From Dicyema japonicum (Eukaryota; Animalia; Dicyemida), in assembly GCA_011109175.1 (NCBI GenBank), contig RDEW01000008.1, positions 877,954 through 941,953 on the forward strand: a stretch of DNA of 64,000 nucleotides, read 5' to 3'. The notes below the pieces were generated by a model, which saw only the letters and a list, made by a program, of their open reading frames with translations, made no database searches and was not told the origin of the DNA. Every line of letters begins with the position of its first letter. The stretch's first letter is position 1. This document shows, piece by piece, positions 50,243 through 63,591 of this stretch. A program made the position numbers and the translations under genes.

Positions 50243-53200
50243 ATTATTATTATGGCACCTTCACGAAAGCCACAATTTTTATAATACGCATGTGCAACAC
50301 TCAAAGAAACAATATTTATAGTTAGTTTTTTTCATCTTCCTCTGTCGAATGCGAGTGATTTCAATTTGTCCAGGTCGTCCCCCGTCTTTAGATTTTTTCT
50401 CACACGATTTAGGTCTTTGTTTAAGGCAGTCGGAAATGTCGATCTAGGTCGCCTGCGAAAGGGTTAGTCGCAACTGTCAAAGTAATCTTTTATTGTTTGT
50501 TAGCGGGTGCTTTTGGGTTCATTCTTATTACATGCCTAAATAGCCTCTACCGGGAATCTATCACATCCTTGCTGATATAAGAACACATACACTTGTTGTA
50601 GATACCAGTGGTTGATATTCTACGTGGACACTCCATTCCGAATAAGCTTCTTAGTTGCCTTCTATGGAACGAATCCAGTTTCAACAGTTCGTTGAAGTAA
50701 CTACTCCACGTCTCAACGTTGTACAGTAAGATCAGTTTCACAAACGTGTTGTAAAGCCTGCATCTAATGTCAATTCCAAGTCCTTTGGCTCTTAGCCATC
50801 CTTTCTTCAGTTTAGCCATCGCCGTATTTGACAGTGTTTTCCTCCTTAGTACATCTTCAACGTCTCGTAGTAGAGAGCCGAGCTTATTAGTACGTCTCCA
50901 TCTTTCATGAGTAATATCGTCTTCTCATTTGATTTCCGTAATTTCAGTTTTTGTTAACATTTACGCTGAGAAACCATTTCTCAAGCTCCGCAGGTGCATT
51001 TTCTAGCAGGTGTTGGAGTGCGGTCACATCCCGTGATACAAAATCCACATCATCCGCATAAGATGTCTCTTCTATGTCTCCTATATAGCATTTACGGAGG
51101 TCGCGGAGTGCAGATTCAAGGTATATGGTGAATAGTAAAGGGGAGAGGGAATCACCCTGGGGTGTCCCAATCGTTGTTTTGAAACTGCGGGAAGTTGCTC
51201 CTTCTGTCCTCACAGATAGTCTTGTGTTCGCAAGTAGTAGTCTGATTATCCTAACCGACGATTCATCCAATATTTGCTCAAGCACATTCATCAGTTTCTG
51301 TCTGTTTATTGAGTCGAAAGCTCTGGAGAGATCTATTCCCAACACGGTCGTTGCGCTCTTGAATCTTTGGTGCGTTGCGCAGCGCCATCTATGGCTCCAT
51401 ACAATGTCTGCCGTATACCTCCCTTCTCGGAACCCACTTTGACTCGCTGGTAGGTATAGATCCGCCACACCCTTTATCCGACTTAGTGCGATGTTTGCCA
51501 GCACCTTGCGTATCGAGTTCAGAAGTATTATCGGGCGGAGATTTTCTACTGGTCCTTTTGATTTGTTCGGTTTTTGTGTGGGTATTAATAATCCATTTCC
51601 AAGTCCTAGATCGGTATTAGTTTCAAAGACGTCATTTAGGGTTTTTGCAATTGTGTCGCTGAGTTTTTTGGCCATATTTTAGGAGCTCAAGGCTTATGTT
51701 TGTCCGGCACAGCACTCTTGTTGTTCTTCAGTTTATTTATCGCTAATTCCACCTCTTCCACTGTGATTGGGATTTTTAGCGCCTTTGCTTCTCCTTGGAA
51801 AGGGAGAAAGTCATTATTTTCTTTATTCAACAGTGTTTCGAAGTGTCGTGCAATCAATTCTGCTTTTTCTTCCGGTTTTTATATTTGCCTTTGATGTGAA
51901 GGGTGTGTGTTCTTTCTTTGTTCGCAGCAGCCGCAAAGCCGCATACATCATTGAATTGTCCTTCACGCATTCCACATATTTTAATAGGGATGTAATAATT
52001 TCCCGTGAGTGTTTTCTGTTCATCTTTTTGATTTTCCATTTTAGTTCCCTTTGTTGGATATTAGGCTCTTTTTTTACTCTCGTCTGACGTGTTTGCCGCT
52101 TTTAGCCGTAGCTCTGCAATGCTTTGCCATATCTGGCACGCTCGGGTGGTTATCCTGTTCTTTACTTTTTACTCGGTGGTGATCCTGATTAGTTAAAATT
52201 AACTGTTCTTTACTTAAATAAAGTGTGTGTCCTGCCTATGCGGAGCTAATAACACGGCTCCGTGGTGAAGGCTGTTATTATTATTTAGCTCTACAAGTGG
52301 GCTCTAACCAAGTTTTCTGTCTGAAAGTATATATTGGGCCATTGTCTCGACTTCTTCGCGTTTTCAATGTATTTTTTCCCAGTCAGGTGCTTTTTACAGA
52401 AAGATTGCAATGACGATCCTGTGGTCGCTGTCAGTTGTTGTCCCCTGGTAGCAACGTGCATCATTTAGCAGGTGTTTGTCAGACTTTCGGCAGATAATGC
52501 AGTCGATTTGATTATGTAAATTCACGGTCTCCCCGATAGAGTTTTTTCTTTGTCCGTGCAAAGTCGTTTTGTAGCAAGCTGAGTGCGTGAATGCTATATT
52601 GCACAGGAAAAGGCTATTTGCCTAGCAGAGGTTCACCAGAGAGGCTCCATATGTATTTCTCCCTCCGCGCCCGTGTCTTCCAATAGAGAATTCTTCGGGC
52701 CCATTCGCATTCCGGCCTTTGCAATCATATCTCCCGCAACAAAGAAAAGGGACGAGGAAGCATTATTAGAGTATGTGCTTTATAGTTCTGAGTAGAATTC
52801 CTCGAGCTCACCAGGGTTCTTGATTATTCTTCTACAGTGTGTTGCATAGACATTTATGACAGTTAATAGACTCTTCTTGGACGGTCATAGTTCATTGACT
52901 TGTAGGACGCATATTAGATCGTTGACTCTCCAATAGCGATGTAGTTTTTTGAGGTAATTTACGTGTAGGGAAAATCCCATGACGTATTGCTTTCATTCAG
53001 CTGGGAAGAGAGTTAGTCGGTAATTGTTCCATGTCTCATCGCGTCCATTTTCAATATTCTTATAGACAGCCAATAGATATTATGTATTTCTCGAGATCGT
53101 CACAAAGTACTATCCTTGTCTAATCTTTCGATATTCCACGTACGTTGAACGTCATTAGCCGGGTTTTCGATTGTATAGTGAGTGTTTTCCAGACATTTTT

Positions 53201-53250
53201 TAACCGTTGTACAGAGAAGAAACAAGGCACTTCACCACCTAACCAGATAA
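50243..53250 (-). mobile_element. Near full-length RTE-clade LINE (APE plus RT), disrupted
   Basis: APE start MTFNVRG at about 53150; GKYIWSLSG..C..QIAF; RT ORF 50944-51675 (LRPIILL, QSGFR, IDLSRAFDS, GTPQGDSLSP, YADD); LLYNVETW...FHRRQLR; short 3' UTR ending (ATA)n. Confidence 0.92.
52187..52285 (+). mobile_element. SINE family B 3' end inserted antisense into the RTE LINE
   Basis: GATTAGTTAAAATTAACTGTTCTTTACTTAAATAAAGTGTGTGTCCTGCCTATGCG identical to 38124-38179. Confidence 0.85.
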
Positions 53251-54399
53251 TTGTTCAACACTATTTTGAAAACGTTCCTCTTCCTGAATATTTCTGTCTA
53301 CCGTGGGCTCTTTTCTATCATTCGATCTTTTGGATTCGCTGATTCACTTACTGTCCATGTTTGGAACTCACTGTCAACAGAGGACACTGGTGGTCCATCC
53401 GTCTTCATTCCAATATCCGGATCGTATTCCTAGGATTGATCGGATTCCATCCTGTTCGAGTTTGCTTGGTCGAATCGTTATTGTCACCTTCATCCTGGCA
53501 ACACTACATCCTTCAACAACACTTTCAATGCGAGGTTTACTTTGAAGTAAAAATTTATCCATCTTGAGTTTATTAGCTGCTTTTCCATAAGACAAACCTA
53601 GCTGACTTACTAATTTATGCAATTTTACTGTTCTTAAGTAAATTTTTTAATATAATTTCAGGTGTCAACTTAGTTCGTGTTTGTTTTTGTCCAATATCCC
53701 CAAAAGGCAACTTTGCATTAAGATCCTTTTCAAATAAGCTAGTGTATTCTGGGTTGTTAAAGCATAATACAGAGTCACCGTAAACGTCGGGTCACTCTGG
53801 CCACAGCCGCGGAATCCAAGCCAGGGATTATATTTGAACCTTGTTTTTTCCAAGGGATTTATCTGAACATTAAACACAACTGAGACGTTTTCATTACTAT
53901 TATTTGAGTTTTTCATCATTTCACAATTATTATTTGAATTTTTTATCAACGAAAAGTGTAGTAACAGTATAGCAACAGTAAAAAGACCGAACGAGACTGC
54001 TATTCTCATAATCATCATCAGAAAATTGCCAATTTCATCACATGGAAAAAACTCTAACAAACATTCGTTGAATACCTGCTAGTCGTTTGAGACAAGTTAT
54101 CTTCCATTCACATTGCTCTCATGGAATTTTTCTTTTTCAAAAACAGACATTTAAAGATTAGTTCGGTCGTCCGGATCATTAAGGAATATGTCCATACCTC
54201 CACGGTTCCTGATCGTTACAAAGAATAAGAGTAAGGAGAGAATCCACTAATGGTATCCACATTTGGTTCCGAATAAAAGTATCACACCAATGCATCTATT
54301 GTCATCAAATAATGTATATAATCACTTCAACGGTTGACCTAATTTTACTGTCAAATAGAAATATGACCTAATTATACGGTAGGGGAATCGTAGTTACTT

Positions 54400-55010
54400 T
54401 TAACAGACATTTTCAGAGCTATCTCCAATGATTCAATCTTCCAATAACCACCCCCAGATAATGCGGTCTGTTAGACATCTCCACTTTTTTACAAGATTAC
54501 GATTTTCGGAAACTTTGTTATTCATTACCGTCGCCTAATGCTATTTTAGCATGTTTTAGATCGATGTTCTTGTGATAATTTTATCCAGATGCTTCGATAG
54601 CAAGCTGAGCAAAAGTTTCGTTTTTATCACGATTGAATAGTGAATACGTAGAGTCCTTAGCTGTTTACTTTGGAAAGCATTTAGGTTATCTACACATGTC
54701 CGAGTGAGTTCCCACGTTCCCGATGTTGAGCAGTATAGAAAGGACGACATTATTGTCTACTGAAAACATTGATGTCCTCGAAAACAAAATCAGGTCATCC
54801 GCATTTCTTAATTCCTAGATAGAAATAGGACAATTTTTATCTCTTGGAAAACAAGTGTAGCTTCCAAATAAACAAGCTTCTTGAGTGTCAATGTGCGCTT
54901 TAAATTTGCAATGCGCTCTGAGACAACACAGACTTCGAATTCCGTGTTTGTAAATATAACTCGTATAATCCTTAAACTGTCCTTGTATAGCAACATTTAT
55001 AGTCTTTCTT
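54400..55010 (-). mobile_element. Second RTE-like RT fragment
   Basis: ADDL motif at about 54790-54805; LYCSTSGTWELT...LNAFQSKQLRTL. Related piece at 46895-46990. Confidence 0.6.
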
Positions 55011-56699
55011 CAGAATTCACTTAAAAATAAAATTTTAAACATTTTGGAAAAGATACTAGAAATTTTGGCAAAGTTATCAAACTTCAAGGTAAAGTTATTA
55101 CACAAATCTGAAAACCCTGTATTTTAAGTGAATTTTATTAAATTATTTTTTAATTTTATTTATTAATTAAATAGTTTATTTAATAAATTTATTATTAATT
55201 ATAACGACAATAATTTATGTAATAATTTTAATTTCTTGTGGTTACTAGTATATTCATCATTTTGGTATTTAATCCTATAGATGTTCAATTTCATCATCTT
55301 ATTCTTTCATTCTGCATTTTGACACAGAAAAATTGTAAAACTAGAATTGATAAGTGGAAAAATTGTATAAAAATTAATTATTAAGATATTTGATTAATTG
55401 TACTTTTCTGACCTACGCTTTCATTCTATATACGGCAATGTATATTCAAAACATTATATTTGAACATGGTGTCTTTTCTATTAGAGAACTGAATCTGCGT
55501 GTTTTGTATTAAATATTATTTAATATAGTACTGTATGGTAGATGAAAGTTTAAAATATGTAGACAATCTTACTTTTCCTCCTACCATTAGGCCTTGTTAT
55601 ATATATTATTAAATTAATAGGTATTTTCAAGAATGCAATTCCCTCATATACATCTCAATCGATTTCGCTAAACATTTAGAATCACTTAAGATATGTTCAT
55701 TTTTTAATTTATGTAGTTTCTTTCCAAACAGAATAAAGTTATTCAAGCATTTAGTGTCAGAAATGTAATTAAATAAGTATTTTTTATAATAATAATAATA
55801 TAGTGTCATCGTATGCAGCGATTCATTCGATATTGCAGTGGCGTATGATATTATATTTATCATAGACATAAACAATACCTGGTAAATACATAATTCTCAA
55901 AATGATAAATGTATATATTCGAAAGTAATATATTTAGAGTACAGCATGACGACATCTGAAACATGTAATTATAATGTTATTTCAGACTGCAGTGCCATTG
56001 CAAACAAGTACAATGTATTAGGCTTTTGTGGAGTTACTAACATGTTACTAACTTAATCGGTTTTTTTGGGTAAATAAATTGTGTTAATTAATTCAAATTT
56101 ATTATGATTTAAATAATATCCTGGTTGGCGAACTGAATCACACATCTCTACTCTTGACTCGGAATGATTATTTTCATTTAAAAAACGATGAGGAATTGAA
56201 TCGAATAAGATTACGAATTAAGTCGCGGTAGAAAATAGACGTTCCCCAACAGCAACTGCTCAAACCTTCCATAAAACGTCAACGGAATTGTACCCCGTCA
56301 ATATATTACACTTCGATTTCTTTTTTCATCTCATTGACCAACAAAATGTCGATCTTGGAGGCCCTAGAAAGTAGTGCTAGTTTATCTTTTCCTTAGGGAT
56401 CGGGCATTCACTAGCACTATTTTTAGTCCTGTTTCAACTTTTTGGTGACCTTACTTCTTCAAAACCAAGCTTACTATCCCATTAAATACATCTGTGTAAT
56501 CGCGCACAGATTGTTAAGCTGTGACATAATCTTTGATATTTCGGTATAAACCTTCTTTGATAGACTGGGTGGGACTTCATTCGATTTTCAACTATTTTTT
56601 GGTGCCGTCTTTGACGTAACTGTCTTTGCCGTTCACGTTCTTCCAATATCGTCTATTATCACCTGTCCATAGTTTTACGTTAATCTCTTGTTATCAGAC

Positions 56700-57100
56700 T
56701 TTTTGGTGGCTAGACATCCACCATATCTGGCACAATTTGAGGACGATTCACAATTTATGCAATTCATTGTGTTCCCGGGAGTCTCTCCACACGCAGTCAG
56801 GTCGTGTTCCCCTGCGCAACTGTGACATCTCTTTATAAAGGAGGATTTGTGTCCATAGCGTTTGCAGTTGAAACACCTCAGTGGGCCTCTTCTGTACTAT
56901 TCGCTTGTTTTGGTACGTGAGAATGTTGAAACCATGTCGGACGATCGAAGTAGTTTCCGCCTTTGATCCAACTAGAACCTTTACAAGAGGGAGTCTCTAT
57001 CTGCTTTGTAGAAACGGCATAAGCTGGTGGTAGAGGGGGCTAATTCCTTTACAAATTCATGAAGGCATAAAGGCAGGTTGTTCAACACAATTTCGAAAGA
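56700..57100 (-). mobile_element. I/Jockey-group LINE ORF1 fragment (triple zinc knuckle)
   Basis: PLRCFNCKRYGH, RCHSCAGEHDLTAC, MNCINC. Confidence 0.7.
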
Positions 57101-57399
57101 TCTAATCGGATTTAACTAAATCAATGGTTTCCAAGAACATTAGGAGAAGTAGCATTTACATGTTCATAAAAATTCCTTTGTCCCCCCTTTCTGAATTCAA
57201 GGCGGAAGATCCGGAGTTTCACACCTGGTTGAGGAGTGACTGAACCACCGCCACAGCCCTGGAGAGAGATTTGCCCTTTGCAGTGATAATCAGGTCATCC
57301 GCATAATATAACTACATAGTGTCCTGATTATTGATGGTAGGTAAATGGTTTAGAAATTAGTTAAATAAAAGAGGAGACAGAGGGGAGCCTTGCGGGACC

Positions 57400-58450
57400 C
57401 CATTGGGGAGTAGTCTTGATTTTTAAATGGAAGATTTGAAAAATTCGGAATTTGAAGACTGATTGGTTGTTGTTGCTTCTAAAAGGAAAAACAACGATTT
57501 CTGTTGAAGGAAATGAAAGGGGACAATATCTTCTATTCTTTACTATCCATTGGAGACAACCAGGAGATCGAATAATACTACCAACTCTCAACGTGTCTAC
57601 ATTGTATCTAATAGACACAGAATTGAAAAGGTAAAGATTTCCAAAAAATTGATTTTTGAGAAGGTAGGTTTCTTATTCTCAATAAATGTCACTGTCTGAT
57701 GCAGCATGAATCTACGACAGCTTTAAAAAGCTGACAGAAACACTTTACATCCAATTCTTTGGCATTCATAAGAAATCTAAATGAAAATCGAGGATGCATC
57801 AATTACCGTCTTCGTTGTAAACCTATTTAATTCTCCAATAAGGATCGATTCACATAAGAATGCTAACCATCCAATAAGCCTTCTTATATTGAACTCAACG
57901 TCCCTACCTCCGATGGACTCGACTCCTTCACTTCCGGTATTTCAATGCTCACAGAATGCTTGGAGAATACGCTACCATAAGTTCCTCGAAACCAGTGCTG
58001 TCTTCTGAGTTGAATCTGAGTTTTCCAAAGGGTTCTATTCTTTAATAATTAGAAAATTCTCAACGATACCGTAAAACCAAAAATCTGAAGATATCATTTC
58101 TCCAATAGTATTTTTTGTACATCTAAAAAAACGGAGGTTACAAACCAGCGTAATTTTCCCAGTTTGTTTGCTTTCGCAATGAAAGAATTTTTGAACTCAG
58201 AATATTTCAGTGTATTCCAAAGTGAAGGATTGTGTTGTTTTTTTTCCAAAAGAGTTTGGGGAGGTGAAGATGGAAATTCGAGGTTCGAAATTGAAATTGT
58301 TGCCACAAGTTGCTCGTTTCCCAGCGACATCAGTTGAAACACATGAACATGCCGAGATGATCTTTTCCCTCAAATCGTTTCTAGGAATTTGAAAAAGGGG
58401 TTTAAGTTTTGGGAAAAAATTCAATTTTATGCTTGAAAACTTGAAGGTTT
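57400..58450 (-). CDS. Candidate host gene with many micro-introns, possibly PH-domain-like (model ambiguous)
   Basis: Introns 58123-58141 (19 nt) and 58040-58069 (30 nt) join KANKLGKLRWF|MYKKYYWRNDIFRFLVLR|IEPFGKLRFNSED. Several further GT..AG pairs of 17-45 nt follow, with more than one consistent path. Confidence 0.4.
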
Positions 58451-58595
58451 GTTGGTGGTTGGAAATAACGTGCTAACGTAGAAATGCAAATGAATTGAAT
58501 GGTGATAATTCTAAGCCATTTTACATCTTACATGTTAGAAAATCATTTCTACAACAAAATTCTTCCAAAATCGAGGACTTAGCTTTACGCCATTA

Positions 58596-58921
58596 TGATT
58601 CGTGACGATTCAAAACTTCCCTTTATGAACGTCTCGACCTGGGAGGTCCTGTGCGGATTGATCTTCCAGCTATATTCGTAAATATTAGATGAAAATTGCA
58701 GACTTTCCCAAGCTCCTCACTGTTTTATTTAAAAATAATTTCCCATTAATAAAAATATCCCTTTTTCCTTTTAATGGGATCCTGACACTCTTTTTTCCTT
58801 CATAGAATATCAGTCTTGTCATGTTTGACACCAATTGACTCTCAGCCAATTGGCTAATTTCGTTTGTTAATTGTATATAATAATTTCAATTATATAAATT
58901 AATAATTAATTAGTCTGATCA
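58596..58921 (-). repeat. Interspersed repeat (solo-LTR- or MITE-like); related copies at about 60400-60560 and 44117-44360
   Basis: Shared TGATCAGACTAATTAATT...CAATTAAC...CCAATTGGCT.GAGTCAA.TGGTG. Ends TGAT..ATCA. No clear TSD. Confidence 0.55.
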
Positions 58922-58929
58922 TTAGGGCG

Positions 58930-59480
58930 ATTTTTGTCAAGTCAAAAATTCATATGTTCTTTAAAATTACTTAAACGTCTCGGAGTCGATCTGTGGCATC
59001 CGCATCCGGATCTGTTGTTCTTGCAAATGGCTTCATCTTCTCATTTGTCGGCGCAGCAGTGGCCGGTACCCCAGGAATGCGCCTTAAGGGGGTCATGAAG
59101 CGTTCCTTGAGGCGGCTAGATTCCTGTCATCTCTGGAACGGGTCGGCCTGGATCTTGGTGATAGAAAGAGCCCGACTGAATCACTTTCTTCACCTTCTCT
59201 AGGGGAAATACCTGATTTGGAATGAGCCGTGTACAGACACTTTCTCTCAGTCAAGACTTTCAGATTCCCCGTTAAAAGCTAGGGAGGCTGCACGAACATT
59301 CGAGAATTCCAAAATAAAAAAATACGACAGCTTATCCAGATTCTATGTAAAGCCCGTTGTTGTCGAGAAGAGCGGAGTCTTCGGTTCCAAAACGGTCTCC
59401 TTTCTAAGATCGCTTGGGTCTATGATATCAAAGGTGAGTAACGAGCCTTGGGAAACCGAAAGGTTTCTTAGATCCCTACT
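58930..59480 (+). mobile_element. CRE 3' fragment
   Basis: LERVGLDLGDRKSP; FSRGKYLIW...CTDTF; KYD...FYVKPVVVEKSGVFG. Confidence 0.75.
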
Positions 59481-60714
59481 TGTGACTTAGACACTATACC
59501 TCCCTCTTTATTATTTCCTAATGGTTTTACAAAAGTCCTAATTTTTTCATTTCATTTGAAGCCATCGATCTGTTCCTCCACTATGCAGCAAATAGGTTTA
59601 ATCAGTTTCTCCATTTGTCATCAGCTTATCTCCAATTTGTTGACGACGATATTTATTGTCGCTTTTTTTTTTTTCAAGGAGGACAAAGAACCTCCCTCGC
59701 TCCATAAGGCAAAATAGTTTCACTCCACAAAAATGAAGAGGAAGCTATCCCTCCTCAGGTGAAGCATTGAGCACAACTTGAAAAGCATTATTTCTCCTTG
59801 CTTTGATATATTTTATATAATCCCCCCGTGTCCAACCTAGTAGATCCCATGTTGACTAGAAGCGTGTAATCCTGCCTCAAGTATGTCTTAAAGCAGTTGA
59901 TTTTCAAAACAAAGGATTTCTTAGCAGAGATCATCAAACCTTTAAGCTGCGCCATTTTTCAATAAGGGCCACATAGTCTGTAAGCATTTTTAAGAAAAAT
60001 TTACTTATGGAACAAGAATCACTCTTATGGAACCCAATAGCATCAGATATGATTCCCCCTTCTTCAAAAAAGACTATCGCTCACACAGAAAATTATTTAC
60101 TTGGACAAATAGATTGCGCGGTACTCTCACAGACACAAATACGAGCCAACCACTATCAAAAGCCATGGAAATAGCCAGGCACATCACTTTTAACTGACTT
60201 CACGTGTCACTGGCTTTCATAATCTTAGAATATAGCTGGAAGAGACAATCCGTACAGGACCTCCCAGGTCGCAAATTTCATTCCTCCACGTGTTTAATAT
60301 CCTCTTGCACGCAATTCACTGTATAGCGTTAAATTTAAGACTGAAAGAAGATCGCACTCATTCGCAAACGCCTCTATGCATATCTTATAATTTATGAGTA
60401 ATATAAAAATCGCTTTTTCCTTTTAATGTGATCCTGAAGCCCTTTCCTTTATTGGACATCAGTCTTATCACAGAACGCCACCAGTTGACTCGAGCCAATT
60501 GGATAGTTTAAGTGTTAATTGTATAAATATATAAATCGATAATTAATTAGTCTGATCATTTTAAAAAATTAAATAAATATTATTTCATAATTGTTTATTT
60601 AATAATTTCATAAAATAGTCTTCCCACGTGGCAGCTAGCTCTCCACAACCTGTTGTGGAAAATCCCATGTTCCACAATTATAAATTAGGATCGCTACGAT
60701 AAATCATTTGTTCA

Positions 60715-61440
60715 GTGATTCTCCAACGGACTACATATTCCATATCCACCAAGATCGATCCTACTATCTTAGTCTTCTCTCAGGTTCTTTGAGCATCGAG
60801 ATTACTTATTTGATTTCATTTCCTGGGATACTTAATGTGGATCTCAATACGTCTAAAGGAAATTATACGTGGAGAACATCTGGACAACTTGAAGATATTG
60901 CAGACAAGCGTGTTAAGTGTACCGCTTAGTTAATTTTTTTGTATGATTTCACTCACAAATCTCTCATATACTTATTAACTTATTAGTTTATCCAGAAACT
61001 GCCTAGTTCCCTTTGTTCACTAAAAGCTTCCACACTAAGGAATAAATAACATAGAGGTTACTCCACCAATTCATCACAACCACTACAAAGCTGATGAACC
61101 ACACAGGCCTATACAGACTGTGTAGGCACTCGATAGGGTAAGAATGATCAACTGAATCATAAGTCTTCTTCACATCTAACCACATTGATAAAAGTGAGTT
61201 TCCATGATATCACGGAAAAGCACTTGTTGATAAAGGCCCGCTCTTTTACTCCCTGACAATTTTGCACAGTGCTCAACTGATTCTCGGATAAAATTCGATT
61301 AGCCTCTATACATCTCCCGAACTCATTAGCCACCAATTCGGTCATCAGCTTATACAGAGTTGGCATGCAGGTTATCGGTCGACAATCTACAGCAGACTAG
61401 GAGTTGTTTAACTTTGGATCAAATACGTTGTCCCATCAAG
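60715..61440 (-). mobile_element. R4/Dong-like RT fragment plus deleted endonuclease piece (related piece at about 59500-59950)
   Basis: RPITCMPTLYKLMT...ILSENQL...CQGVKE; WLDVKKTYDSVDHSY; DRSWWIW...VGESLNK. Confidence 0.75.
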
Positions 61441-61500
61441 AATTGTTTCCTGGTTAGTGATACTTTTCTGTACTTTCTGTATTACATGGCACATGTCAGT

Positions 61501-63213
61501 TGAGGAAGCCTGCTGCGTGGATTGCGAACGAGTTCCCTCGGAGTATGGCCATTCCAATCTTTAGTCTTAGCCATAGCCTTTCTCGTTGATCCCTTTTCTT
61601 TCTGGCAAGCAATCCTCCGAGTTCTCGCAAGAACTCAGCCGTCATTAGACCAACGGCTCCCGATGATTCGGTCGCAACAGGAGTAAATCGGTAGCGATCC
61701 CCGAGGCAAGAATATTTCTTGATTTTTAGGTTCTCCGAAGTCGAAGCAGCTGCTCCAGGTGTCTGAACCGATTTGAAAATACAGTAGGACCCCGCCCCAA
61801 TAGAAAATTGCCCAAATATAGAGGGTGCCCCAAATATAGAGAGTATACTAAATTATTACATTTTTAACCTTTCTATTCGTATTTTTAAATAATTATTTTT
61901 ACAATACAATGTTTTGCTTCATATTGCGAAAAAGGAATCAATTTATTTATGAAAAATAATCAGTTATTTTGTTCCCAATGGAATATTTGTTTCTTAGCAT
62001 TTTTGAAATTTTAATCCTAAATTCATAGTATTCTTTAAGCCCTTCAGGACAAATGTTAAATAATGAAGATTCAAGATTATTCATAATTTTTATTGTATCT
62101 TTTAAATATAGCCCATCCATCTCATTATTTCCATTATACGAAGCCTCATTGTCTTCTATTCCATTTATTTCAAGTTCTGTTAAATATGTTCATCAATTAA
62201 TTCGGATTCTTTTTTTGAATTTGTTTCATGGACAAATGTTCTTTGCTCATTTATCTTTTTCCAACAATTCAATATTGTAGTTTTTGTTACACGAGTCCAT
62301 GCTTCTCCCACAAATGCGACTACTTGTCTCATATTGATCTTCAACAGGGCATCATGCTTCTCCACAAATGCGACTACTTGTCTCATATTGATCTTCAACA
62401 GGGCATCATAGTATTCATTAGCATCGTCAAGACATATCATTTCATAAAGAACATTCTTATAACATGATTTGAATGAGTTTATGATCCCCATATCTAAAGG
62501 TTGAAGAAGTGCTGTTGTGTTTTTAGGAAGTTTAAGAAATGATAAGTTTGAATATTCCTGACATTTGTGACAACGTGCATTATCCATAATAATCAAAATT
62601 TTCCTGTTTTTTGAACCATTTCCAAGTTTATTTTTTGTAGCCATGTATCAAAAATATCCATCGCATAAAAGAACTGAAACTCGTTCTTTACTTTTCGTTT
62701 TACCAAAACAATCATCATTTGAAGAAACAAATGATCTACATGAATTTTTTTTAATAAAAAGAGCAGTTTCGTCGCAGTTAAAAAAATCTTTTTTTATCGT
62801 ATTCCTCAAATAAACTGTCGTAATTGTATAAAAAACTCTTTAAGTTTTTTTTGTCGGATAAGTTTTTTTCACCCGAAATTACTTTGAATAGTAATTCATG
62901 TCGCTTTTTAAATCGATCAAACCATCCATTTTTAATCGACCAAGCTTCGCAGGCATGCTGACAATTATTTGAAAATTAATAAATTAAAGATAAAAATTAA
63001 ATAATAGATTTTTAAATTTTCTATAGAGAAAGTGCCCCCAAAAGCGGGGTTTTTATTTTGAATTTATTGAACGAAAAATGTGAAAAAATGTAAAAGATCA
63101 TTTATAATTATATTTATTTAAAAAATCGCCCCAAATACAGAGGGTGCCCCAGGGCCGGGGTTTGATTGGGGCGGGGTCCTACTGTATTGAGAACGTGTCT
63201 ACACAAGTTGCGT
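61501..63213 (-). mobile_element. CRE 3' fragment split by a Tigger insertion
   Basis: 61501-61781 and 63187-63213 are colinear with 905-1200. Confidence 0.85.
61782..63184 (-). mobile_element. pogo/Tigger transposon, internally deleted
   Basis: TIRs CAGTAGGACCCCGCCCCAAT / ATTGGGGCGGGGTCCTACTG with TA on both sides. GWFDRFKKRH, FNCDETALF, ILIIMDNARCH, LPKNTTALLQPLDMGIINSFK. Confidence 0.93.
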
Positions 63214-63591
63214 ATTAATTAAAAAAAATTATTTATTAATTTTTTTAATTAATTGTAAAACAATTTTAAAAATTAACATAATAATAATAAAAATTAACAC
63301 TTAGATATTTCGTAGTTGTTATCTGTTGACATTTTCAATATTGAAGTATTATTGTTTTAATCTAAGATATATATTATATACAATTTCTCTTTATTATTGG
63401 GGAGGGTGAATAGGGCAGGAAGGCTGTTAGCAAAATGTTCTCGAATAATATTTTTCTAATCTCTTATGTTTGTATCTATTACGCTATGACCTATCAATAT
63501 ATAATGTGTGATTCAATATTGAAAATTTTTATATTTATTTGATATATTTGAATTATATACTTATGTTTATTTTCTGTTCTTCATATACAAG

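Noticed and set aside
51125-51682. Plus-strand ORFs of 60-105 aa
   Set aside because: Antisense shadows of the RTE RT ORF.
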